DNA of 64,000 bases, taken from assembly GCA_036261625.1 (NCBI GenBank), contig DATAKL010000009.1, forward strand, positions 1,990 to 65,989. Reading direction: 5' to 3'. The stretch's first letter is position 1. Each line of letters starts with the position of its first letter. Below the pieces are notes generated by a model, which searched no databases, was not told where the DNA came from, and saw only the letters and a list, made by a program, of their open reading frames with translations. Source of the stretch: Ignavibacteriales bacterium (GTDB taxonomy: Bacteria; Bacteroidota; Ignavibacteria; Ignavibacteriales; SURF-24). Both the position numbers and the translations under genes were made by a program. This document shows, in pieces, positions 1-9,199 of this stretch.

Positions 1-132
1 CCCCTTGTAATTTATTCTATTTAGATAAGCGTTTATATCCATACGAATTTTATGCATGTTAAAAAATAAAAATTAAACATGCGGGTTGGATGATGCAATG
101 AAATTATTTATCGGGTTTCTTTTTTATATGCC

Positions 133-252
133 GCCCCTGACCGGGGCTGGGGATGCGTGGGGTGGGGATCATTAACCCGGGGTTTAGTCGTCCGCCTAAG
201 AGTCGGACTCCAGCACCCCGGGCTACAAATGTCTCGCCCGACTCAGTCGGGC
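133..252 (+). repeat. GC-rich modular hairpin repeat, single unit (copy R1)
   Basis: Hairpin GCCCC-tgacc-GGGGC and a G-rich tract GGGGATGCGTGGGGTGGGGAT. Outer stem CCCGGGG (176-182) / CCCCGGG (216-222) encloses hairpin GTCCG..CGGAC. Then CTACAAATGTCT plus hairpin GCCCGAC-tca-GTCGGGC. Same module order as 16811-16926, 25794-25897 and 52308-52425. Confidence 0.75.
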
Positions 253-318
253 TTAGTGATTGCGTAATTCTAAATTCTCAGCTTTCATTAGCTATCTAAT
301 ATCAAGAGACCTAAGTAA

Positions 319-906
319 TTACAGCTTCCAGCCAAAGACTAGGTTTAATTTAATAAGCCAGTTGACTTCGGTATTGTTAGTGGTAATATCTCCTACGTAA
401 CCATCCCAGCTGTAGCCGATTACTTTACCTCCGGCATATTGGAACAGCAGCTCAAATCCCGTGAATTTGAACATATTCACTCCGATTCCGGCTGCAGGCA
501 TGTAGATTCTTGCTCTTGAGTCTCCGCTGTAGATTCCGCCATTGCCCCCGTCATTTACGTGCAGCGCAAGGCCGCCTGTTGCATAAACGTTTTCATTAAA
601 GAAATATTTTGAGAATATGCCGTATTCAAATCCGATGAAGTTATCCCAGAGAAATTCCCGGCCGAATCTGGCTTCAATAGATACTTTTTCCGTTGGATAA
701 ACTGCCAGATTAGTCTGAAATGTTGTAAAGAAAGGAGCCATGAAGAAATCAGCACCGGTGTTCTTTGAAATGCCATGTTCTACTTCTGAATAACTCCGAT
801 GCATCCCCAAAGATTCGAACCTGAATCCAAGCTCTACCGCCTGCGGTTTAATTGTGGTACTAAGCAGAACCAGAAGCAGAACTAAGGTAATCTTATACAT
901 GGTCAT
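319..906 (-). CDS. small outer-membrane beta-barrel protein, function unknown
   Basis: 195-aa ORF with signal peptide MTMYKITLVLLLVLLSTTIKPQA. Alternating aromatic/hydrophobic beta-strand pattern and G/Y/F-rich sequence. Last gene of the minus-strand ABC operon. Confidence 0.55.
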   Translation of the reverse strand: MTMYKITLVLLLVLLSTTIKPQAVELGFRFESLGMHRSYSEVEHGISKNTGADFFMAPFFTTFQTNLAVYPTEKVSIEARFGREFLWDNFIGFEYGIFSKYFFNENVYATGGLALHVNDGGNGGIYSGDSRARIYMPAAGIGVNMFKFTGFELLFQYAGGKVIGYSWDGYVGDITTNNTEVNWLIKLNLVFGWKL

Positions 907-952
907 TACTCCAATATTTTGATTCCCGAAAGTTAAATTTATGCCGGATCAA

Positions 953-1666
953 TTAATGTTCTTTCAGTCGTGTGTCGCTGTGTATCCTGCCGTCGAGTAT
1001 GTGGATTATCCTTTGCGTGCGCTCTGCAAAAGTCTCATCGTGCGTTACTACTACAATTGTCTGCTTGTGCTTTTCGTTTAACTCTTTAAATAGATCAAAT
1101 ACCATAGCTGAATTCTTTGAATCCAGGTTTCCTGTAGGCTCATCTGTTAGAAGGACAACCGGATCATTTGCAAGCGCGCGTGCTATTGCAACCCTCTGCT
1201 GCTGACCTCCAGAGAGCTGATTGGGTTTGCTATTGAGTTTATCCGAAAGCCCAACGTCGCTTAAAAGCTCCGTGGCTTTTTTTCTTGCCTGTGAAACCGA
1301 ATATTTTCCGCGCGCCACCATCGGCATCATTACATTCTCAAGCGCTGAGAATTCAGGAAGAAGGAAATGAAACTGATAGACAAAGCCCAGCTTTTCATTT
1401 CTTACCTCCGATAATTCATCTTCACTCATGGAAGATATCTCGAGATTATCCAGAAATACTTTTCCCGAGGTCGGCCTGTCCAAGCCTCCCATAAGGTAAA
1501 GCATTGTGGTTTTACCGGATCCCGAGGGGCCAGTAATTGCGGTAAATTCACCCTTTTCAATTTCAAATGACAGATCGGGAAGAATTGTAGTATCCACCTC
1601 AGAGCCATTGGACTTTGAAACGAGTGTTCTTGAAACGTGTTCAAAACGGATTATTACGTCAGACAT
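953..1666 (-). CDS. ABC transporter ATP-binding protein (MacB/LolD type)
   Basis: Walker [13 protein letters not shown] signature [15 protein letters not shown], Walker [13 protein letters not shown]-loop VVVTHD. Confidence 0.93.
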   Translation of the reverse strand: MSDVIIRFEHVSRTLVSKSNGSEVDTTILPDLSFEIEKGEFTAITGPSGSGKTTMLYLMGGLDRPTSGKVFLDNLEISSMSEDELSEVRNEKLGFVYQFHFLLPEFSALENVMMPMVARGKYSVSQARKKATELLSDVGLSDKLNSKPNQLSGGQQQRVAIARALANDPVVLLTDEPTGNLDSKNSAMVFDLFKELNEKHKQTIVVVTHDETFAERTQRIIHILDGRIHSDTRLKEH

Positions 1667-1669
1667 TTT

Positions 1670-2938
1670 TTATCTTTCCCCTCTCAGGATTTCTACCGGG
1701 TTTACACGGGCTGCCCCGCGGGCGGGACCTATGGATGCAATAAGGCTTACTACAAATGCAAAAAGGGATGCAAGCACAAAGTACCACGGGCTTTTTCCCA
1801 TCTGAAGACGGTCGCTCCGCATAGATGTATTCGACTCGGACGGGGTAACCTGTATGGAACCCATGATGAAAATAAGCACGTATCCCAACAGGCACCCAAT
1901 GGCTGCGCCTATTAAGGCAACCAATATCCCCTGGAGTAAATAGATTACTGTGATTTCTTTTTTCTTGTATCCGATCGATTTTAATATCGCTATATCCCTG
2001 TATTTCTCCAAAACATTTGTAATAAGCACGTTCGCCACACCGAAGCCTGCAACAAGTATTACAAAGAATACCAGGAAGTAAACCATCATGGAAATCATTT
2101 TGTAAAGCGCTATTACGCTTGACGAGATTTCCTCCCACGTCTTCGACTTGTAGTTTGTCTCTTTTTCTATTGTGCGAGCTGCCTGTGCGTCGCGCTTTAA
2201 GTCCTTTACCCTTAAGTATATCTGGCTTACTTCATCGGGGCGGTAGCCTGCAATGTTCTGCGCTACCCTCAGGTTTACGTAAGCATTATTGTCAATGTCG
2301 TTTATTCCGGTTGAATAAATTCCCACTACTCTCACATCAAAAGTTTTCCCAAGGTTTGACACAAGCTGCAGCTTGTCGCCAAGTCGTAAACCGAAGTCTT
2401 TGGCCGAGGTGGTTCCGAGCATTAGTCCGTCAGGCGTCCTTTCAAGCTCCGTGAACCTTCCCTCAGTCATGTTCTGGCTGAACTTTACAATTTCATCCTG
2501 GGGACCGGGATCGATGCCGAAAACTTCGAGGGGCTGTGAAATTGTGCCGAACTTTGCAATTACCGTAACATTCACCACGGGAGATGTAACGCTAACATTA
2601 GGATCCGACTTAATCAGATTCTCAACCCTCTTGTAATTTTTTATTATCTCCTCATCCTGCCGTTCGACATTCTTGATGAGGTTTATTGTCTCGCCTTTCT
2701 TCGCCTGATAAATCGTATCGCTTACAATGGAAGTCACCTTTTCACCCGATACCACAACGTGCGGCGCAATGTTTACAATCTTATCTATAAAGCTGCTTAA
2801 AAGTCCGTCCATCAAGGATACAGCTGATATAAGCACCATAACGCCCACACCAATGCCTGAAATAGTTAAGATCGTCTGGCGCTTTCTCGAAGTAAGCTGC
2901 CTGAGAGCAATATTCAATATTTGATAATTTATTTTCAA
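1670..2938 (-). CDS. ABC transporter permease, MacB-periplasmic-domain/FtsX family
   Basis: 422 aa. N-terminal TM, large periplasmic domain and C-terminal FtsX-like 3-TM block (FLVFFVILVAGFGVANVL...). Starts 4 nt from the ATPase gene. Confidence 0.85.
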   Translation of the reverse strand: MKINYQILNIALRQLTSRKRQTILTISGIGVGVMVLISAVSLMDGLLSSFIDKIVNIAPHVVVSGEKVTSIVSDTIYQAKKGETINLIKNVERQDEEIIKNYKRVENLIKSDPNVSVTSPVVNVTVIAKFGTISQPLEVFGIDPGPQDEIVKFSQNMTEGRFTELERTPDGLMLGTTSAKDFGLRLGDKLQLVSNLGKTFDVRVVGIYSTGINDIDNNAYVNLRVAQNIAGYRPDEVSQIYLRVKDLKRDAQAARTIEKETNYKSKTWEEISSSVIALYKMISMMVYFLVFFVILVAGFGVANVLITNVLEKYRDIAILKSIGYKKKEITVIYLLQGILVALIGAAIGCLLGYVLIFIMGSIQVTPSESNTSMRSDRLQMGKSPWYFVLASLFAFVVSLIASIGPARGAARVNPVEILRGER

Positions 2939-2978
2939 ATACTTTTTAATTTTTCATTTTTAATTTTTAATTGATTTC

Positions 2979-4265
2979 TCAGGCCCTCAGTATCTCCACC
3001 GGCTTCAGGTTTGCCGCGCGCCTCGATGGAATGTAGCTCGAAAGGGCGCTTACGATAATTGAAAACAGCGCCACAATTATGTACGATGAAAGGGTCTCAA
3101 CCATCGCTATATGATCGCCTCTTACAACTGCGCTTTCGCCGTATGAAATGGGAAGTGAGGCGATAAAGTTTGTAAGGAAGTGCCCTGCAGTCATTCCGAT
3201 TACGGCTCCCGCAATTCCAAATATCATCCCTTCAGAAAGAAAAATGAGCTTTATCTCATTTCTGTCGACTCCCATGGACTTCATTATTGCAATGTCTTTC
3301 TGCTTCTGAAGCACTATTGTTATAAGCACGTTTGCAATACCGAAGCCCGCAACAAGAAAAACAAAGATGACAAGGAAAAGCGTTATGTTGTTATTCCGCT
3401 TAAAAAGCGTAAGCAGATTTAAGTTTGCTTCCTCCCATGTCTCTGCCTTGTAGCCTGTAAGGCTTTCTACACGGCGGGCAACGTCGTTTACAGCGTCAAG
3501 AGAAGTTGTATGCATTCCGATACCGGAGACCACATTGTCGCTGAAGCCGTTTATCGTCTGCGCAAGCTTAAGATTAACGTATGCGAAATTGTCATCCGTT
3601 GCGCTGAAGCCGCTTGTAAAAATTCCAACTATCCTTAGACGATAAATCTCGCTGTTTTCTCCGGCCAACTGGATCTGATCGTGGTACTTTGCCTTAAGCT
3701 TCTTTGCCATGCCGGAACCAAGAATGATACCGTTTTTTGTATAATTAAGCTCGTTTAAGCTGCCGATTTTCACATTCTTTTCAAGACTTGCAATCCCTCG
3801 CTCCCTTTCAGGTATAATTCCTTTTATAATTGCCGTCCTGTAGAGCGTTCTTTCCCTTAAGACGCCGCGGGTTTCAACAAAAGGGGAGACAGCATCAATT
3901 TCAGGGATTGCATCCATGACTGAAATTACTTCGCGGTAAGATTTTACTTCTTTTTTCTCATCGGGGATTATACGGCTTGCAATGTAAAACTCGTCACTTT
4001 GTCCGGGTGAGGATTTTAAGAGGAGGTGTTCTTTACCTTCAAGTTTCTCGCCTTTAACTGTTACAAGAGGGGAGATCTCAATTATCTTGCTTTGAATGTC
4101 ACTGATTATCCCCTGAGTAAGCGCAAACGTTATGATCATTACCATTGCGCCTGTTGCAACGCCGGTTACAACCAGTATGGTCTGCTTTTTCTTTGCCTCA
4201 AGGTGCCTTAAGGCAATTGAGAGAATAAAGCGCAGCTTCGGGATAACTGTAAGTTTTGAAGCCAT
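2979..4265 (-). CDS. ABC transporter permease, MacB-periplasmic-domain/FtsX family (paralog)
   Basis: 428 aa with the same architecture as 1670-2938 (FLVIFVFLVAGFGIANVLITIV). Abuts the adaptor gene. Confidence 0.85.
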   Translation of the reverse strand: MASKLTVIPKLRFILSIALRHLEAKKKQTILVVTGVATGAMVMIITFALTQGIISDIQSKIIEISPLVTVKGEKLEGKEHLLLKSSPGQSDEFYIASRIIPDEKKEVKSYREVISVMDAIPEIDAVSPFVETRGVLRERTLYRTAIIKGIIPERERGIASLEKNVKIGSLNELNYTKNGIILGSGMAKKLKAKYHDQIQLAGENSEIYRLRIVGIFTSGFSATDDNFAYVNLKLAQTINGFSDNVVSGIGMHTTSLDAVNDVARRVESLTGYKAETWEEANLNLLTLFKRNNNITLFLVIFVFLVAGFGIANVLITIVLQKQKDIAIMKSMGVDRNEIKLIFLSEGMIFGIAGAVIGMTAGHFLTNFIASLPISYGESAVVRGDHIAMVETLSSYIIVALFSIIVSALSSYIPSRRAANLKPVEILRA

Positions 4266-4266
4266 T

Positions 4267-5322
4267 TTAGTTTACGTCGACCTTCATATTATCGGTGTAG
4301 CTTCCTTTGGGCTCATCCACAATCTTCGCCCCTTCCGAAAGGCCGGTTCCCGAGACATCGGCAAACTTCCCGTCTAAAGTCCCACCGTTAAGCTGGACTT
4401 TCTTCAGGCGCTCACCTTCAACCTTAAAGACGTAGCGGTTCCGGTTTTCCTCAAGCACAGCCGTCCGGGGAAGAAGAAGAGCGTTTTCCTTTTCACCAGC
4501 TTTAATATTAATTGTAGCTGTCATGCCGAGATTAAGCTTTTCAGGCGAAGTTTTAAGCTTAATATAAACCCTGGATGTTTTTGTAGCCTCATCTGTTCTG
4601 GGCACAATCCTCTGTAGAACTCCTTCAAATCTCTCATCCGGATAGGCGTCGAAGGCTACTACTGCAGGCATACCCTTGTTTATCTTGCCAAGATCCTGCT
4701 CATCAACTTCCCCCTGAACGAGTATTGAATTAGGAGCCAAGATTTCAAAACATTCGGCGTTCGGAGTAAGATTGTCGCCAAGGTTTACCTTTACGTTAAC
4801 AAGCACGCCTGAAAATGGCGCTATAACTTCTGTTTTTGTGAGGTTCTGCCTTGCAATATCGAGCGCCACCTTTTTCTGATCGAGGCTTACTTTTGCCAGT
4901 TCATAGCTTTGTCTTGCATCTTCAAGCTCTTTTTTTGTGATGCTGTTTGATTTGTACAGGCTTTCTTTTCTTCCAAGATCCCGTTCTTTGGCCGAGAGGT
5001 CAATCTCTGCCGTCTTGATCTGGCTTTCGGCATCCCTAAGCCTCAGCTCCTGATCACTTCTGTCTGTACGGAGCAGAACGGTTCCTTTTTTTACTGTCAT
5101 CCCCTCTTTTCCGATTATATACTTTACTATTCCGCCCGACTCCGAGCGCAGCGCGGCAACAGAATCGGCCGTTACAGTTCCAGTAGCATAAATTAAGGTT
5201 ACAAGATTGCCCTTTGTAACCTCTACGGTCTTTACCTTTTCATGATTAAAAAAAGCTTTGTAAATGCCATAAATTACAGCGATAAGCACGAGGGAAACTA
5301 TGATGATATACTTTCTTTTCAT
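4267..5322 (-). CDS. HlyD/MacA-type periplasmic adaptor (membrane fusion) protein
   Basis: 351 aa. N-terminal TM anchor, coiled-coil segment (SDQELRLRDAESQIKTAEIDL...) and barrel-sandwich/beta-barrel C-terminal pattern. First gene of the 5-gene minus-strand operon. Confidence 0.85.
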   Translation of the reverse strand: MKRKYIIIVSLVLIAVIYGIYKAFFNHEKVKTVEVTKGNLVTLIYATGTVTADSVAALRSESGGIVKYIIGKEGMTVKKGTVLLRTDRSDQELRLRDAESQIKTAEIDLSAKERDLGRKESLYKSNSITKKELEDARQSYELAKVSLDQKKVALDIARQNLTKTEVIAPFSGVLVNVKVNLGDNLTPNAECFEILAPNSILVQGEVDEQDLGKINKGMPAVVAFDAYPDERFEGVLQRIVPRTDEATKTSRVYIKLKTSPEKLNLGMTATINIKAGEKENALLLPRTAVLEENRNRYVFKVEGERLKKVQLNGGTLDGKFADVSGTGLSEGAKIVDEPKGSYTDNMKVDVN

Positions 5323-5560
5323 TTATTTACCTGAATTAGTATTCCTGAAGGAAAAGCCGGCCGAAGAAGTAACCGCTTTTGATGAAGTTTAATTTAATGA
5401 ATGGGCTCTTTATATTCAAATCCCGTTAAAACTCCTTCTTTTGACTTATAATTTAAGGAGATTTTTTTATAAAAAATGTTCTGTGACTTTTTCTTTCAAA
5501 GTGCTTACCTTTGGGAAAACTGCTTTCATTTTTATTCAATATCATCGGGAAATAATTTTC

Positions 5561-7057
5561 ATGAAAAAACTTATTCTTTTTCTCTTAGCCTTTTCTTTTA
5601 CGGGGCTTTTTGCACAGGAGACCGTTCCCCCCAAAAGGGAATTCAGGGGCGCCTGGGTGGCAACGGTAGCCAATATCGACTGGCCCACAAATAAAAATGC
5701 CACCTCAGGAGAACAGATTGCAGAACTGGTTTCCATAATGGACAGGCTGAAGGCCTCGGGCGTTAATGCTGTTATATTCCAGATAAGAACCGAGTGCGAC
5801 GCCCTCTATCAGTCCAAAATTGAACCCTGGTCGTACTGGCTGACCGGAAAGCAGGGCAAAGCACCCGAGCCATTTTTTGACCCCCTGCAGTTTGCAATCA
5901 GTGAAGCCCACGCCAGAGGCATGGAGCTCCACGCCTGGTTTAACCCCTACAGGGCAGTTAAGGGGATAGGCGAATACGAAGCTGCCCCCAATCACGTCTC
6001 GGTTCTTCATCCCGACTGGCTTCTGACCTTTAAGGATTACAAGATGCTGGATCCGGGTCTTCCTGAAGTGAAAAATTATGTTCTCTCCATTGTCTCCGAC
6101 GTCCTCAGGCGCTATGACGTAGACGGAATTCACTTTGACGACTACTTCTACCCCTACGGACCCAAGGTCTCAAACGAGGACTCACTGACCTATGCAAAGT
6201 ATCACGGCAGCTTTACAAACGTCGACGACTGGAGAAGAAACAACATAAACAGCCTTATGGCAAGCATTTATGATACCATTAAGGTTATTAAGCCCAGGGT
6301 AAAGTTCGGTATAAGCCCGTTCGGAATTGTTGAAAATAAGTACGCCGGCACAGATGGTTTCCAGTCCTACAATATTCTTTACTGCGACCCGTTGACATGG
6401 ATTAAAAATAAGAGTCTGGACTACATGAACCCTCAGCTTTACTGGGAAATAGGCCACGCAAGGGCGGATTACGGAAAGCTTCTTCCCTGGTGGGCTTCTG
6501 TAACCAAGGATATGCACCTTTACATCGGACAGTTCTCCAGTCAGATGGCAGCTCCTAAATACAAGGGTAAGAAAACTGAGCTTGAAGACCAGATGAGGTT
6601 AAACCGCACAACTCCGAACGTCCAGGGAGAGGTATTCTTCAGCTCTAAGAGCCTGACAGATAACTATTCGGGTTTTGCTGACACCTTGAAGAATAATTTC
6701 TATAAGTATCCGGCACTTCCTCCCTTAATGCCATGGAAAGAGACCACGCCCCCTCTATCACCGGAAAACCTTACCGTTAAGGGGGATTCTACGGGAGCAA
6801 CCTTAGAGTGGACCGCCCCCAAAGCTGCCAGCGACGGAGAGACTGCAAGCTACTACGCCGTCTACCGCTTTACGGATAAGGATGAGATAAACACTGAAGA
6901 CCCGAGATTTCTCCTTGGTGTAATCTCTTCCAGGAAAACAAAGTATAAGGACCCCGTTAAGCTTTCTGAGGGCGCAAAGTACATATATATAGTTACAGCA
7001 CTCGACCGCCTGTTTAATGAAAGCGAAAAAAGCTCCACAACCCTGAGCCTTAAGTAA
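5561..7057 (+). CDS. glycoside-hydrolase-like GHL10 (YddW/COG1649-type) secreted protein with C-terminal Fn3-like domain
   Basis: Preferred start is ATG 5561 (MKKLILFLLAFSFTGLFAQ signal peptide), not the upstream ORF-track start. REFRGAWVATVANIDWP and GIHFDDYFYP motifs are typical of this family. Confidence 0.8.
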   Translation: MKKLILFLLAFSFTGLFAQETVPPKREFRGAWVATVANIDWPTNKNATSGEQIAELVSIMDRLKASGVNAVIFQIRTECDALYQSKIEPWSYWLTGKQGKAPEPFFDPLQFAISEAHARGMELHAWFNPYRAVKGIGEYEAAPNHVSVLHPDWLLTFKDYKMLDPGLPEVKNYVLSIVSDVLRRYDVDGIHFDDYFYPYGPKVSNEDSLTYAKYHGSFTNVDDWRRNNINSLMASIYDTIKVIKPRVKFGISPFGIVENKYAGTDGFQSYNILYCDPLTWIKNKSLDYMNPQLYWEIGHARADYGKLLPWWASVTKDMHLYIGQFSSQMAAPKYKGKKTELEDQMRLNRTTPNVQGEVFFSSKSLTDNYSGFADTLKNNFYKYPALPPLMPWKETTPPLSPENLTVKGDSTGATLEWTAPKAASDGETASYYAVYRFTDKDEINTEDPRFLLGVISSRKTKYKDPVKLSEGAKYIYIVTALDRLFNESEKSSTTLSLK

Positions 7058-7064
7058 TTCTTTT

Positions 7065-7102
7065 TTAAGAGGCGGAGCACGCAAAAAAGCTCCGCCTCTT
7101 AA
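7065..7102 (+). terminator. stem-loop just after the GHL10 gene
   Basis: TTAAGAGGCGGAGC-acgcaaaaaa-GCTCCGCCTCTTAA, a 14-bp perfect stem 8 nt after the stop. No downstream T-run. Confidence 0.5.
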
Positions 7103-7120
7103 GACTATCCGAAATTTCAT

Positions 7121-7688
7121 ACCAAACCGCTTTCAGCGGTTTCATATTTGTAGAAAAACGGACCCCAAAACAATTCAGCCCGCCAGAGGCGGTCTATATG
7201 CCTTTATTTACCTGAAAATATGAAACCACTGACGTGGTTTGGAAGAGGTTTTTGTTCCATATTGCTACAAATAGGTAGCCGCTAAAGCGGATAGAAAGGA
7301 ATGTCTCTATACTGTAGGGAATCCTCCTAACTGCGTTAGCAGTTACCTATTTGTAGGGACCGTGTAAAAAACCTCCCCGAACAGCGTAGCTGTTCCATCA
7401 GACTACAAATAGGTAGCCGCTAAAGCGGATAGAAAAGGAAAAACTTTGTTCTGAATACAAAGGGATTTTTCTAACTGCGTTAGCAGTTACCTATTTGTAG
7501 AAACAGGGACCCCAAAATCCATTCTGAACCACGTAGTGGTTCCATAGGCCAATTCATGCAAAATCTTCAACATGAAATTGTTTTTTTATTCCGTTCCTAC
7601 AAATAGGTAGCCGCTAAAGCGGTTAGGAAGGAATGTCTCTATATTGAAGGGAAATTTCCTAACTGCGTCAGCAGTTACCTATTTGTAG
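7121..7688. repeat. tandem array of nested palindromic multi-hairpin units
   Basis: Three 92-98 bp units at 7265-7356, 7403-7500 and 7597-7688. Each is CTACAAATAGGTA + hairpin CCGC-taaa-GCGG ... hairpin CTGC-gtta-GCAG + TTACCTATTTGTAG. They are separated by linker units GGACC..AAAA..-hairpin-TTCCATAGG, and a solo right arm lies at 7121-7153. Confidence 0.85.
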
Positions 7689-7808
7689 GAGTCAAACCGC
7701 CCTTAAATTTCTTTTCCGATTTACGAATTACTGACTGTTAATTTTGCCTAAAAGCTCTTATGTTTGTATCCATTACCAATCAAAAAACATATAAGAAAGC
7801 AGTCATAA

Positions 7809-9023
7809 ATGAAGAAACCTGAACTAATGGCTCCGGCAGGCGACTGGACCATGCTCACTACGGCCGTAAATAGCGGGGCAGACGCGGTTTATTTCGGCAT
7901 TGAAAAGCTGAATATGAGGGCAAAAGCCAGGAATTTTACGCTTGAGGGCCTTCCTGAAATTGTATCCTTCTGCAAAGAGCACGGGGTTAAGACCTATCTT
8001 ACACTGAACACTATAATTTTTGAAGAGGAAGTCCAGGAGCTTGACGAAATCATCCCCGCGGCAAAAAAAGCGGGCGTGGATATGATAATATGCTGGGATC
8101 TGGCCCTTGTCGAGAAGTGCCGGGAGCACGATATGCCCTTCTGCGTATCCACTCAGGCCTCAATTTCCAACTCAGCCTCGGCAAACCTCTTTAAGTCCCT
8201 GGGAGCACGCAGGATTGTCATGGCACGCGAGTGCTCCCTGGATGAAATTAAGAAAATCCGGGCAAAAACAGACCTTGAGATAGAAGCTTTCATACACGGA
8301 GCAATGTGCGTTGCCGTTAGCGGAAGATGCTTTATGAGCCACCACCTCTTCGGAAAAAGCGCAAACCGCGGCGAATGCATTCAGCCCTGCCGCAGGGAAT
8401 ACGAGGTAAAGGACAATCAAATAGATAAATCGATGCTCCTGGGGGAGGACTACGTAATGTCGCCCAAGGATCTGTGCTCCATTGAATATATAGATTTGTT
8501 AATTGAGGCGGGAATAGACTCTTTTAAGATTGAAGGGCGGAAAAGAAGTCCCGAATACGTTGCCAAGACGGTTTCAGTCTACAGAAAGGCAATTGACTTG
8601 TACTTTGAGGGGAAGTTAACCGGCGAAATTAAGAAAGATATGCTCCATGAGCTTGAAAAAGTCTATAACAGGGGCTTTTCCTCTGGATTTTATTTCGATG
8701 TCCCAAGTTCAGCCGAATATGCCACTATTTACGGGAGCATAGCTACAACTAAAAAGGAATACGTCGGGAAAGTAATAAATTATTACAAAAAGACGGCTAT
8801 TGCGCACATTAAGCTGGAAACAGGGAATATAACCGTCGGTGAAGACCTTCTTGTAATAGGTCAGACGACAGGCGTTGTGGAGTTAAAACTCCCGAATATG
8901 GTAAATAACGAACTTCCTGTAACCGAGGCCCGGAAAGGCGACGAGGTTACATTTGAGTGCAGTGAGGTTATCCGTCCTAAGGACATGGTTTACAAAGTCA
9001 TTCCGGCACGGCAGCCCATTTAA
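7809..9023 (+). CDS. peptidase U32 family protein
   Basis: 404 aa. N-terminus KPELMAPAGDWTMLTTAVNSGADAVYFG and Cys-rich core (CVAVSGRCFMSHH...GECIQPCRREY) are typical of U32. Confidence 0.85.
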   Translation: MKKPELMAPAGDWTMLTTAVNSGADAVYFGIEKLNMRAKARNFTLEGLPEIVSFCKEHGVKTYLTLNTIIFEEEVQELDEIIPAAKKAGVDMIICWDLALVEKCREHDMPFCVSTQASISNSASANLFKSLGARRIVMARECSLDEIKKIRAKTDLEIEAFIHGAMCVAVSGRCFMSHHLFGKSANRGECIQPCRREYEVKDNQIDKSMLLGEDYVMSPKDLCSIEYIDLLIEAGIDSFKIEGRKRSPEYVAKTVSVYRKAIDLYFEGKLTGEIKKDMLHELEKVYNRGFSSGFYFDVPSSAEYATIYGSIATTKKEYVGKVINYYKKTAIAHIKLETGNITVGEDLLVIGQTTGVVELKLPNMVNNELPVTEARKGDEVTFECSEVIRPKDMVYKVIPARQPI

Positions 9024-9029
9024 TTTTTC

Positions 9030-9118
9030 TGTAGGGGCGGGCGGCGCCCGCCCGGAAGGGCAAAAACAATCAAATACAAAATGCCAAGCCGTTCGGGCGA
9101 GCGCCGCCCGCCCCTACA
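9030..9118. repeat. perfect 18-bp inverted repeat (GTAG-type, BIME-like), probably also the terminator of the U32 gene
   Basis: TGTAGGGGCGGGCGGCGC (9030-9047) is the exact reverse complement of GCGCCGCCCGCCCCTACA (9101-9118). The loop is 53 nt and contains small hairpins. A T-run follows at 9119-9125. Confidence 0.8.
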
Positions 9119-9199
9119 TTTTTTTGATTTAGCCACGTCAATTCCTTATCTTTGTCTATTGTACAAAAAGTGTTTTTATCAAGTAATCAATATAATACT

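Noticed and set aside
176-222. tRNA-like T-arm (GGGGTTCAGTC / GGGGTTTAGTC) inside the GC-rich repeat units
   Set aside because: The loop does not fit the T-loop consensus (TTCRANY). No acceptor, D or anticodon arms can be drawn. No tRNA gene was found anywhere in the window.
5441-5560. N-terminal 40-aa extension of the GHL10 gene in the ORF track
   Set aside because: The ATG at 5561 starts a typical signal peptide (MKKLILFLLAFSFTGLFAQ). The extension is Phe/Lys-rich, translated from AT-rich promoter-like sequence.
7121-7688. Possible CRISPR array in the 750-bp ORF-free gap
   Set aside because: The repeated units are inverted pairs of arms, not direct repeats of fixed length. The spacers between them are themselves repeated modules, and no cas genes are nearby.
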